DNA of 64,000 bases from an uncultured virus (IMG/VR IMGVR_UViG_3300015608_002806) (IMGVR_UViG_3300015608_002806), one strand, 5' to 3'. Positions 50,606 to 60,168 are shown, counted from the stretch's first letter. The notes: a model not told the origin generated them from the sequence alone. A program made the numbers and translations.

Positions 50606-51622
50606 ATGATAGATGATAATAGTTTACCAATGGCTCGGAAAAATAAAGTAATTATTTTTGATGGAAATAATTTATTTTTTTCGTGCTATGCAGCCAATGA
50701 GACAATTAATTCCAACAATGTTCATATTGGTGGTATAATTGGCTCATTGGCATCTTTGCAAAAAATTTGCATTGATGTAAAACCACATGAAATATTTGTT
50801 GTTTGGGATGGGAAAGGTTCTTCGAATAAAAGAAAAAATTTAAATGAAAATTATAAACAAGGAAGAGTTGCCCCAAAACCATATAAATTAAATAGAAATT
50901 TTCAATATGAAAACGAAGAACAAGAAGCTCAGAATCGCAGATGGCAACAAGCAAGATTTATTGATATATTAAATTATTGTCCAGTCACACAAATAATTGA
51001 ATCTGGAGTTGAGGCTGATGATATCATTTCTTGGATGACAAGAAATTATAACCATGATGGTATAAATATCATTTATTCTAATGACAAAGATTATCTTCAA
51101 TTAGCAAATGACAACACTATTGTTTATAGATTTACAAAAAAAGTTTTTATGACCAAACAGGACGTTATTGATGAATATGATGTAATGCCTTCAAATATGG
51201 CTTTAGCAAGAGCTATAGAGGGAGATAAATCAGATAATTTAATTGGTGTCAATAGAGTTGGTTTAAAAATTTTAAATAGATATTTTCCTGAATTAAAACA
51301 AAAAGAAGATATAACATTTGATCAATTTTTTGAAATGGCAAATAAAAAATATCAATTAAGAAAAGAATTAAATTGTCTTAAAAATATTGTTGAATCACGT
51401 CAATTGATTGAAGATAATTATAAAATTATGCAATTATATGCACCATTAATAGATGCAAAAACTTCAATTTCTATTGAAAATACAATTAAAGAAAAAAAAT
51501 TAGGATTTAGTTTAACAGCATTTAATTTGCAAATTATGAAAGATGGAATGAGATATTCTGATTTTATTAATTTGTGTGAACATTTTGGTAAAATTGTAAA
51601 TCATTCAAAGTTTAAAGAATAG
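50606..51622 (+). CDS. 5'-3' exonuclease/flap endonuclease (T4 RNase H-like)
   Basis: IFDGNN, VVWDG, YKQGR, EADDII, SNDKDYLQL, GDKSDNL.GV..VG.K. Confidence 0.9.
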   Translation: MIDDNSLPMARKNKVIIFDGNNLFFSCYAANETINSNNVHIGGIIGSLASLQKICIDVKPHEIFVVWDGKGSSNKRKNLNENYKQGRVAPKPYKLNRNFQYENEEQEAQNRRWQQARFIDILNYCPVTQIIESGVEADDIISWMTRNYNHDGINIIYSNDKDYLQLANDNTIVYRFTKKVFMTKQDVIDEYDVMPSNMALARAIEGDKSDNLIGVNRVGLKILNRYFPELKQKEDITFDQFFEMANKKYQLRKELNCLKNIVESRQLIEDNYKIMQLYAPLIDAKTSISIENTIKEKKLGFSLTAFNLQIMKDGMRYSDFINLCEHFGKIVNHSKFKE

Positions 51623-51694
51623 TACACTAATTAACATACAAATTTCATAAAATGGCCATTGTAACATGTGGTCATTTTTCATTTTAAGGAAACC

Positions 51695-53038
51695 ATGAAA
51701 GAAACTACAAAACCAACGTTTTCGAAGTATGGATATTCTTTTCAAGAACAATTACTAAAACTTTTAGTTCTTGAAAAACCATTTTGCGATCAGATGATGG
51801 AAATATTAGATGTTTCATATTTTGAGACAGAACCACATCGAGTATTTTGCAAAATTTTATTTAACTACAAAGAGCAATACAAAACACATCCAGCAATTCC
51901 AACACTTGAAACAATAATTAACACTCAAACAAAACTCGACAACATAAACACTTTAACACAAGTTAAATCATTATTAAGCTCAATGGCTTCTTCTGAGGAT
52001 ATCAAAGATTCAGATTTTATAAAAGAAAAATCATTACAATTTTGTCGAAAACAAAAAATTAAAGAAGCAATGCTTGTGTCAATTAAATCATTAGAAGATG
52101 ATGATTTTGATTCAGCTCATTCCAAAATTGATGAATCATTTAAATTGGGTCTTGATAATAATGTTGGTCATGAACATGCTGATGATGTTGATGAAAGATA
52201 TAAAGAAAATATAAGAAAAGTTGTTCCCTATCCTTGGGAGTGCTTAAATAAAATTACAAAGGGTGGTGTGGGCGCTGGAGAAGTTCATGTTGTATTAGCG
52301 CCAACAAATGGTGGAAAATCTTTAGCTCTTGTTGATTTTGCAGCAAATTCAGCTAGAGATGGATATAATATTATTTATTACACTTTTGAAAATCCAGAAT
52401 ACGATATTGGACAAAGAGCTGATGCTTATTTGACACAGATTCCAATAGAACATCTTCCAGAACACAAAAATGAAATTAAAGATTTTTTAAAAAAAATGTC
52501 TGGTAAATTGATTATTAAAAGTTATCCAATGCATTGCCATACAATTAGAATGATTGAAAATCATTTCAATCGAGTTAAAGCAAAAGGTATTAAAATTGAT
52601 GCTATTGTAATTGATTATGCTGAATTAATGATCCCATCTGATGGGTCTTCTGGATTGGATGGTGAAGTTAAAGTTATTAGTGATACAGTATCATTTGCAC
52701 AAAGATACAATATTCCTGTATTGACCGCAGCACAAGGTAATCGTGATGCAATTGATGAAGATGTAATTACTCTTAAACATGTTCAGGGCGCTTATAAAAA
52801 ATTTGGACCAATTCATTTTGTTTTAACGTTGTCGCAAGCTGGTAATGCCTTTGTTGCCAAAAATCGTATTGGCAAGGCAGATTTAACATTTCCTATTGTT
52901 AAAAATGGAGAAATAATGACACTTGAAATTAAATCTGTTTATTCTGATTCTGGTTTTTCTAGTGTTAAAAAAGAAATTGATCCCAAACAGGCATTGCAAA
53001 ATTTTATAACAAAACAAAAACTACATTCAGTAAAATAA
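51695..53038 (+). CDS. Replicative DNA helicase, DnaB/gp41-like
   Basis: APTNGGKS, YTFE, IVIDYAEL, TAAQGNR, AKNRIG. Confidence 0.9.
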   Translation: MKETTKPTFSKYGYSFQEQLLKLLVLEKPFCDQMMEILDVSYFETEPHRVFCKILFNYKEQYKTHPAIPTLETIINTQTKLDNINTLTQVKSLLSSMASSEDIKDSDFIKEKSLQFCRKQKIKEAMLVSIKSLEDDDFDSAHSKIDESFKLGLDNNVGHEHADDVDERYKENIRKVVPYPWECLNKITKGGVGAGEVHVVLAPTNGGKSLALVDFAANSARDGYNIIYYTFENPEYDIGQRADAYLTQIPIEHLPEHKNEIKDFLKKMSGKLIIKSYPMHCHTIRMIENHFNRVKAKGIKIDAIVIDYAELMIPSDGSSGLDGEVKVISDTVSFAQRYNIPVLTAAQGNRDAIDEDVITLKHVQGAYKKFGPIHFVLTLSQAGNAFVAKNRIGKADLTFPIVKNGEIMTLEIKSVYSDSGFSSVKKEIDPKQALQNFITKQKLHSVK

Positions 53039-53050
53039 AGGAATTAAAAA

Positions 53051-54013
53051 ATGGCACTTTTAGATAAACGAGAGGTTTATTCTCCCTTTGAATATCAAGA
53101 AGCTTATGATTTTTGGCTCAAACAACAACAAGCACATTGGATGCACAATGAAATTGCAATGGCTTCAGATATAAATGATTGGAAATTGAATCTTTCAGAA
53201 AAAGAAAAAAATTTAATTGGAAATATATTAAAAGGATTTGTTCAATCTGAGATTTTGATTGCAAATTATTGGTCTCATTTAATCACTCAATGGTTTCAAA
53301 AGCCTGAAATTTGTATGGCAGCAAATTGCATGGCCAACATGGAAACAATACATCAGGTTGCTTACGCATATCTTAATGAATCATTAAATTTGTTAGACTT
53401 TGATGCTTTTTTGTATGAACCAACAATTCAGGCAAAACTATCAAAATTGGTAGAGCCAAAAAGCAAATCAATTGAAGATATAGCTCTTTCAATTGCTGTA
53501 TTTTCTGGTTTTGCAGAAGGTGTTCAATTATTTTCTTCCTTTGCTATTCTTTTAAATTTTTCAAGATTTAATAAACTAAAAGGCGTTGGACAAATTATAA
53601 ATTTTTCAGTAAAAGATGAAAGCTTGCATTCTCAATTTGGTTGTTGGTTATTTAATCAATTAATTAAAGAATATCCGCATATTTGGACTGATGAATTGAA
53701 GAAAAAAATATATGACGCTGCAAGATTGACTGTTCAATTAGAAGATGACTTTATCGATAAAGCTTTTGAATTAGGAAATGTGGATGGATTATCAAAAGAA
53801 GAAATGAAAGTTTTTATCAGAAATCGTGCAAATATTAAATTGATTGATCTTGGATTAAAAACTAATTGGAAAAATTTAGATAAAGAAATGTTGAAAAAAA
53901 TGGATTGGTTTGACTTTATGACAACTGGTGTGCATCAAGTTGACTTCTTTGCTGCTCGCGTCACAGACTATTCAAAGGGCGTGGTTGATTTTGATCAAAT
54001 ATGGGGAGAATAA
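53051..54013 (+). CDS. nrdB: Ribonucleotide reductase class I beta subunit
   Basis: METIHQVAY, EGVQLFSSF, DESLH, DFFAARVTDYSKG. Confidence 0.95.
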   Translation: MALLDKREVYSPFEYQEAYDFWLKQQQAHWMHNEIAMASDINDWKLNLSEKEKNLIGNILKGFVQSEILIANYWSHLITQWFQKPEICMAANCMANMETIHQVAYAYLNESLNLLDFDAFLYEPTIQAKLSKLVEPKSKSIEDIALSIAVFSGFAEGVQLFSSFAILLNFSRFNKLKGVGQIINFSVKDESLHSQFGCWLFNQLIKEYPHIWTDELKKKIYDAARLTVQLEDDFIDKAFELGNVDGLSKEEMKVFIRNRANIKLIDLGLKTNWKNLDKEMLKKMDWFDFMTTGVHQVDFFAARVTDYSKGVVDFDQIWGE

Positions 54014-54018
54014 ATACA

Positions 54019-55743
54019 ATGAATAATTTACCTGATTGGATGACAGAACAAGCTTATTCAATGCTTAAAAGTGGATATTTGTTAGAAAACGAAGAACCTC
54101 TTGATATGTATAAAAGATTAGCAAATGCATATAAAAAAATTGCTTTATCATTGCGTGAAAACAATGAAAACATTAATGTTCTAGAAATAGAACAAAGATC
54201 CAATAGATTATATGAATACATGAAAAATAATTGGTTGTGCCCAGCAACACCAGTTTGTTCTAATTTTGGTACAGAAAGAGGATATGGTATCAGTTGTTAT
54301 GGTGGAACTATAGAGGACAGTATTACCGCTATTGGACAAGGTGTCCATGAATTAATGATGCTTTCAAAAAATGGTGGCGCCATGGGTATAGATTTCAATA
54401 ATATAAGACCAAGAGGTGCTGCCATCCAAAATGGCAAGAACGGACACTCAGAGGGTGTTGTTCCATTTATTAAAATATTTGATTCAGCTATACTTGCAGC
54501 AAATCAAGGTTCAACCAGAAGAGGAGCAGCATCAGTTTCTTTATTTTGGAATCATGGTGACATTCATGAATTTTTAAAAATTAGAAGACCTCAAGGCGAT
54601 GTAAATAGACAATCATTAAACTTACATCATAATGTTTTTCTTGATGATGAATTTTTTGAAAAACTAGATAAAGGGGATTCAAAAGTAAGAGAAATTTGGA
54701 AAGAAATTTTAAAAACACGTCTAGAAACAGGCGAACCATATTTGTCATTTTACAATAATATTCAAAATAGACGCCCAGAATGGTATGTAAAAAATAATCA
54801 TTTTGTCAAATCACAAAATTTATGTCAAGAAATTTCACTTTTTTGTGATGAAAAACATACATTTGTTTGTTGTTTATCTTCTGTTAATTTAGCCAGATAT
54901 GATGAATGGAAAAATCATTCATTGTTCATTGGTGATTGTATTCACTTCCTTGATTCTGTTATGGAAGATTTTATTTTTAAATCAAAAGATGTCCTTGGTC
55001 TAGAAAAAGCTAGAAGATTTGCTATATACAGCAGAGCACTTGGATTGGGTGTTTTGGGATGGCACACATTGCTACAAAAAAACAATATGCCATTCGACAC
55101 ATCGTGGAGTGTAATGAAGCTTCAAGCTGAGATTTTTTCTAAAATTGAAAGAGAAACAATTGATGCATCAAAAGAATTGGCTGTTCTGTTTGGAGAACCA
55201 GAGCTTTTGAAAGGATATGGATTAAGAAATTCACATTTGCGCACATGCGCGCCTACATTTTCTAATTCAAGAATTTCAGGTGGTGTTTCTGAGGGAATAC
55301 AACCAATTGTTGCCAATGCCCAAACAGACAAAACAGCAAAGGGAACATTTCTTGTAAAAAATAGACAATTAGAAAATGTTTTAAATCAAAAGTACAATAA
55401 AAACATAGATGAAGTGTGGAAGTCAATCATTATTAACGAAGGATCTGTTCAACATTTAGATTTTATGTCCTCTGAAGACAAAGAAATATTTTTAACAGCA
55501 AGAGAAATTAATCAATTCAATATAATAACACAAGCATCGCAAAGACAGCAATTCCTTGATCAAGGACAGTCAATAAATTTATTTTTCCCAGCTAATGTAG
55601 ATCCTAAGTATTTTCATAAGGTTCATATCGAGGCATCAAAAACTCTTGAAAGATTGTACTACTGTCGTTCTACTTCTGTGCTTAAGGGCGATGTTGCATC
55701 TAGATATTATGATGAAAATTCATGTAAATCATGTGAGGGATAA
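54019..55743 (+). CDS. nrdA: Ribonucleotide reductase class I alpha subunit (no ATP cone)
   Basis: PATPV.SN, ISC, NQG.TRRGA, NLCQEI, VCCLSS.NL, APT.SNS, LYY, C-terminal CKSCEG. Confidence 0.95.
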   Translation: MNNLPDWMTEQAYSMLKSGYLLENEEPLDMYKRLANAYKKIALSLRENNENINVLEIEQRSNRLYEYMKNNWLCPATPVCSNFGTERGYGISCYGGTIEDSITAIGQGVHELMMLSKNGGAMGIDFNNIRPRGAAIQNGKNGHSEGVVPFIKIFDSAILAANQGSTRRGAASVSLFWNHGDIHEFLKIRRPQGDVNRQSLNLHHNVFLDDEFFEKLDKGDSKVREIWKEILKTRLETGEPYLSFYNNIQNRRPEWYVKNNHFVKSQNLCQEISLFCDEKHTFVCCLSSVNLARYDEWKNHSLFIGDCIHFLDSVMEDFIFKSKDVLGLEKARRFAIYSRALGLGVLGWHTLLQKNNMPFDTSWSVMKLQAEIFSKIERETIDASKELAVLFGEPELLKGYGLRNSHLRTCAPTFSNSRISGGVSEGIQPIVANAQTDKTAKGTFLVKNRQLENVLNQKYNKNIDEVWKSIIINEGSVQHLDFMSSEDKEIFLTAREINQFNIITQASQRQQFLDQGQSINLFFPANVDPKYFHKVHIEASKTLERLYYCRSTSVLKGDVASRYYDENSCKSCEG

Positions 55744-56492
55744 TGAATAATAAAAAATTAATAATATTTGATTTAGATGGAACATTAGCAGAATCAAAAC
55801 AGAAAGTTTCTGAAGAAATGTTGATTAATATTATTTATTTATTAGAAAAATATCAAGTTGCTGTAATTTCTGGCGCTAAAATGCAACAATTTAATGAACA
55901 ATTTTTAAATAATTTAATTAAATTAACTGTTAATTTACATATAATTAAAAATTTGCATATTTTGCCGATTTGTGGTGCTGAATATTTTAGATTTGATGGT
56001 GAAAATTGGCAAAATATCTATAAAGAACATTTTTCAAATGAAGAAAAAGATAAAATTATCTATATTTTAAATAGACATACAAAAAAATACCAATTTTGTG
56101 GTATTGACAATCAAATAGAGGATAGAGGTGGTCAAATAACATGGTCAGCCCTTGGACAACGTGCTCATCCTTCTGTTAAGAAATTGTGGGATCCAAAAAT
56201 GGAAAAAAGAATTATTCTTAAAAATGATATTTCTAAAGATTTACCAGATTTTGAGGTTAGAATTGGTGGCTCGACATCTATAGATATTACAAAAAAGGGA
56301 ATAGATAAGAGTTTTGGGTTAATAAAATTAATGGATATTTTAAAATTTAATAAATCTGATTGTTTATTTTTTGGTGATGCTTTGTGTGATGGAGGAAATG
56401 ATTATCCTGTTAAAAATATGGGTATTGAGTGTGTTGAGGTTGTGAATTACAAAGATACAATTTTAAAACTGGAGCAATTACAAATATTATGA
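55743..56492 (+). CDS. HAD-IIB hydrolase, phosphomannomutase-like
   Basis: FDLDGTLAES, IEDRG.QIT.SALGQ, IGGSTSIDIT, FFGDA...GGNDYP. Confidence 0.85.
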   Translation: MNNKKLIIFDLDGTLAESKQKVSEEMLINIIYLLEKYQVAVISGAKMQQFNEQFLNNLIKLTVNLHIIKNLHILPICGAEYFRFDGENWQNIYKEHFSNEEKDKIIYILNRHTKKYQFCGIDNQIEDRGGQITWSALGQRAHPSVKKLWDPKMEKRIILKNDISKDLPDFEVRIGGSTSIDITKKGIDKSFGLIKLMDILKFNKSDCLFFGDALCDGGNDYPVKNMGIECVEVVNYKDTILKLEQLQIL

Positions 56493-56719
56493 TTTTTAAA
56501 AAGAAAAAACAAAAAAAAGATATTATTTTTGATATGTGTATGACTTATCGGCATGATTTTGGTCTTTTGTTAACAGATAAAGAAAAGGAATTGTTCCCAT
56601 TTGCTGGTGGTTTGATAAAACAAGAACAAGAACGTATATATAATGATATGAAACAAATTTTTGAAAATTGTATTGAACAATATATCGATAAAAAAAAGGT
56701 GGATTTGGATGGAACTTAA
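56489..56719 (+). CDS. Hypothetical protein
   Basis: MCMTYRHDFGL; coupled to neighbours. Confidence 0.55.
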   Translation: MIFKKKKQKKDIIFDMCMTYRHDFGLLLTDKEKELFPFAGGLIKQEQERIYNDMKQIFENCIEQYIDKKKVDLDGT

Positions 56720-57185
56720 AAAAGCAATTAATTCTGATTGGGGTACGCCCAAACACATATTTGATTTGGCTGAAAGTTTGTTTGGCAAACATGATTTAGA
56801 TGTTTGTGCTGAACCTGGATGGTCTATGTGTTCTAATTTTATTGATAAGTCACAAGATTGTCTTTCTGATAAAACAGATTGGAATGGACAAAATATATGG
56901 TGTAATCCACCATATGATGCAAAAACATTGACAAAATTTACAAATAGAGCAATTTTAGAATCTAAAAAAGGTAAAAAAATAACCATGCTCGTTCCTGTAA
57001 AATCAGAACAGGCATGGTTTCATCAATTAATTGATGCAAATTGTGGATTTTATTTTATTAAATCAAGAATTATTTTCAACAGAAAAAATGGAAACAAAGC
57101 AAATAATGCTGGTTTTCCTTCTGTTTTTATCAGAATTGATAATAATTTAACAATTCCCACTATTAAATGGATAAAAATTCCATAA
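56709..57185 (+). CDS. Phage DNA N6-adenine methyltransferase (Dam-like family)
   Basis: W.TP, DLDVCA, WCNPPY, MLVP....WF, RI.F. Confidence 0.85.
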   Translation: MELKKAINSDWGTPKHIFDLAESLFGKHDLDVCAEPGWSMCSNFIDKSQDCLSDKTDWNGQNIWCNPPYDAKTLTKFTNRAILESKKGKKITMLVPVKSEQAWFHQLIDANCGFYFIKSRIIFNRKNGNKANNAGFPSVFIRIDNNLTIPTIKWIKIP

Positions 57186-57204
57186 TTATGGTGGAGATTT
57201 GTAA

Positions 57205-57975
57205 ATGTCTAAAATTAAAGAATTTGGCGCATGGGCTGGTGTTAAGGCTTTAAAAAATCCTGATAAATATATTAAAATGATTAAATCAATTGGTTTGGAC
57301 AGAATTGATTTAATGATTAACGATGGGACCAAATCTGGTCCCTTTCATATTTATTTGCCAGAAAATGATTTAATTAATGTTTTGAAAAAATTTAAGTCAT
57401 CTGGTATTAATGTATCTATAACCACATGGGCAAAACCCGAAAAGTCGTGGATCGATGGTATGGTCACGGTGGCCCGTATAGCAGTCGCCGCTTCAATTGA
57501 GGAGATTGTTCTCGACCTAGAGGAGCCATGGGTTAACCCGTTGAAGCCAAAAAATCCTATGGAAATTTTCGCGTGGACAGCTGGCCTTATTGGCACATTA
57601 CGAGTAAACTACAATGGCAAAATAGCTATTGCTCCAATTGTTTATTGCAACAAAAAAGTATTGGATCATGCTTTTGGATTGGTTGATACAATAATTCCAC
57701 AATGTTATTCAACATTATTAAATGTTCCTGGTTCTGGTCATGATGGTTCATTGGAATCCGCAACAATGCGCATATTTTCATCTTATAAAAAAGAGCTTGT
57801 CATGGGCGCTGCTGCATGGAATCTCAAGGGTGCTTATGGCTACGTTAATCCTAACGACGCTCTAGAGGCTTCTTTAAAAGCAGTTGTGGATCTTGGTGTT
57901 GAGCGCATCAGATATTGGAGATTTGAGTTTCTTTCTGATGACTTTGTTAAAATTATAAAAAAATATAAGAATTAA
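57205..57975 (+). CDS. Hypothetical protein, possible TIM-barrel glycoside hydrolase
   Basis: VLDLEE, IIPQCY and YW motifs; GGAG RBS. Confidence 0.45.
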   Translation: MSKIKEFGAWAGVKALKNPDKYIKMIKSIGLDRIDLMINDGTKSGPFHIYLPENDLINVLKKFKSSGINVSITTWAKPEKSWIDGMVTVARIAVAASIEEIVLDLEEPWVNPLKPKNPMEIFAWTAGLIGTLRVNYNGKIAIAPIVYCNKKVLDHAFGLVDTIIPQCYSTLLNVPGSGHDGSLESATMRIFSSYKKELVMGAAAWNLKGAYGYVNPNDALEASLKAVVDLGVERIRYWRFEFLSDDFVKIIKKYKN

Positions 57976-57980
57976 ATAAA

Positions 57981-58619
57981 ATGATCATAAATACATTATA
58001 CAAAACAGATTCAATAATTGATGGGATTAAATACAATCCACCATCGGAAATAATTGATTATGGATATGCAATTGATTTAGAATGGAGAAATAAAAATGGT
58101 GATTTGCATAATGAAAATGGTCCTGCTGTTATTAGATATTATGAAAATGGAAATGTTCAATACAAAGAATGGTATATAAATGGTAAACGTCATAATAAGA
58201 ATGGTTCTGCTATTATTGCATATTATTCAAGCGGAAATGTTAAATATAAAGAATGGTTTATAAATAATAAACAACACAACGAGAATGATCCTGCTTTTAT
58301 TGAATATGATCGAAATGGAAATTTTCAATATAAATTATGGTATATAAATGGTAAATTACATAATGATAATGGTCCTGCCGTTATTGGATATAATGAAAAT
58401 GGAAATGTTTCATATAAAGAATGGTATGTAAATGGTGAACATCATAACAAGAATGGTCCTGCTCGTATTGCATATTATGAAAATGGAAATGTTAAATATA
58501 AATCATGGTATATAAATGGTCAATGTCACAACGAGAATGGTCCTGCTTATATTGAATATGATCAAAGTGGAAATATAATAAAACAAGAATATTGGGAAAA
58601 TGGAATAAGAATTAAATAA
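57981..58619 (+). CDS. MORN-like repeat protein, copy C, 212 aa (5 internal 28-aa units plus terminal unit)
   Basis: 84-bp tandem units; 5' end nearly identical to copy B. Confidence 0.85.
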   Translation: MIINTLYKTDSIIDGIKYNPPSEIIDYGYAIDLEWRNKNGDLHNENGPAVIRYYENGNVQYKEWYINGKRHNKNGSAIIAYYSSGNVKYKEWFINNKQHNENDPAFIEYDRNGNFQYKLWYINGKLHNDNGPAVIGYNENGNVSYKEWYVNGEHHNKNGPARIAYYENGNVKYKSWYINGQCHNENGPAYIEYDQSGNIIKQEYWENGIRIK

Positions 58620-58620
58620 A

Positions 58621-59032
58621 ATGATCATAAATACACTTTACAAAACAGATACGTTAATTGATGGAATTAAATACAATCCACCATCAAAAATAAATAATTA
58701 TGGATATGCAATTGTATTGACATGGAAAAATGAAAATGGTCANNNNNNNNNNNNNNNNNNNNNNNNNNNNNNNNNNNNNNNNNNNNNNNNNNNNNNNNNN
58801 NNNNNNNNNNNNNNNNNNNNNNNNNNNNNNNNNNNNNNNNNNNNNNNNNNNNNNNNNNNNNNNNNNNNNNNNNNNNNNNNNNNNNNNNNNNNNNNNNNNN
58901 NNNNNNNNNNNNNNNNNNNNNNNNNNNNNNNNNNNNNNNNNNNNNNNNAATGGTCCTGCTTATATTGAATATGATCAAAGTGGAAATATAATAAAACAAG
59001 AATATTGGGAAAATGGAATAAGAATTAAATAA
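58621..59032 (+). CDS. MORN-like repeat protein, copy D (spans assembly gap 58743-58948)
   Basis: Family N-terminus before the Ns and family C-terminus after them. Confidence 0.7.
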
Positions 59033-59926
59033 ATGATTTTGACATTAAAAAATACAAAATATTTAAATGAAGGCAAATATGATTCTGAAATTTCTAGAAT
59101 CGGTAAAGATCTTTTAAAGATTTTTAAAGTAATGATTGATAGAACAATAAAAGCATCATCTTTAAATATTAAAAAAAATTTTAATACATTTGACTTGGAT
59201 TCTTTAAATACTATAAATTCTTATATTTTTAAAGATAAAGAAGATATTACTATTAATTTTAATAATAATAAAATTGATACAACATTAATATTATTATATC
59301 ATTATAATCAAAATGACAATGATGCTGATTTTGGTGCTAGTGTTAATTTAACAGGTACAAAATTAGAAATAAAACTTGTTTTTCCATTTTATATTATGGC
59401 ACTTCAATGTTTAAAAAACAGTGGATTAATGAGATTAAATCGTGATTATGATTTTATATCAACTACAATGCAGAATTTGTCACATCAATTAACTGCTATT
59501 TTAGCACATGAATTAACACACATCATACAAATTTCACAAAATAAAGATGTTCATGTTGCTGGTGAGTTAAAACCGCAAAAGAAATCTTTATTGGGATATA
59601 ACAAAAACATTAAGGCAATAGAAGAATATTATACTTCTAAATCCGAAATTGAAGCATATACATCTCAATTTTATAAATTAGCAAAACGTAAAAAAATACC
59701 ATTTTCAACAGTGTTAAAAAAATATACATTTACTTTTATTGATTCTTATGAACAAACATTTTTTAATTTAACAAAAAACAAAAAAAAACGAGAAAACATA
59801 TCCCTGGAATTAAAGGACATATTCTCTCGTTTCTTTTTTGCTTGTATTAATTTAGCTGATCAAAAATATCCCAAAGCTCAAATAGATTCCAATGATATTC
59901 AAGAAGTTAAAAATAAATTATTTTAA
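59033..59926 (+). CDS. Putative zincin-like metallopeptidase, possibly head-packaged
   Basis: LAHELTHIIQ, YY....EIEAY; N-terminal LKNTKYLNE. Confidence 0.6.
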   Translation: MILTLKNTKYLNEGKYDSEISRIGKDLLKIFKVMIDRTIKASSLNIKKNFNTFDLDSLNTINSYIFKDKEDITINFNNNKIDTTLILLYHYNQNDNDADFGASVNLTGTKLEIKLVFPFYIMALQCLKNSGLMRLNRDYDFISTTMQNLSHQLTAILAHELTHIIQISQNKDVHVAGELKPQKKSLLGYNKNIKAIEEYYTSKSEIEAYTSQFYKLAKRKKIPFSTVLKKYTFTFIDSYEQTFFNLTKNKKKRENISLELKDIFSRFFFACINLADQKYPKAQIDSNDIQEVKNKLF

Positions 59927-60168
59927 TTTTCTAATTTGGATAAAAATTGGTCAAGACCATTAATTGCTTCAATTATATCAGAAGATTTTTCAGCATATGA
60001 TATTTTATCGTAATAATCTCCATATCCATTCATCAATTCATAAAATCTCATTTTGTCATCTTCATTTTCAAGCTCAACGCCTTTAAGAATTTTTTGATGT
60101 AATTCACCAATTCTTTGTTCAAAATATCTTAGCGCGTCTCCTCTTGTTTTAAATTTCGGCATTTTCAA
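59923..60168 (-). CDS. Hypothetical protein
   Basis: 81 aa ORF converging on the previous gene. Confidence 0.55.
   Translation of the reverse strand: MKMPKFKTRGDALRYFEQRIGELHQKILKGVELENEDDKMRFYELMNGYGDYYDKISYAEKSSDIIEAINGLDQFLSKLEN

Larger units (their letters stand above)
57965..59037 (+). repeat. Tandem gene duplication bounded by three direct repeats ATAAGAATTAAATAAA(A)TGAT
   Basis: Repeat starts at 57965, 58605 and 59018. Confidence 0.8.

Noticed and set aside
58100..58560. CRISPR array
   Set aside because: The 84-bp units are in-frame coding repeats similar along their whole length, with no unique spacers and no cas genes.
57981..59032. Diversity-generating retroelement (TR/VR) explanation for the repeat-gene variation
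   Set aside because: No reverse transcriptase in the window and no non-coding template copy; many adenines are invariant, and variation includes unit number and cap swapping. An RT elsewhere in the genome cannot be excluded.
58621..59032. Frameshift in copy D
   Set aside because: The frame change occurs across an N gap of estimated length and is uninformative.
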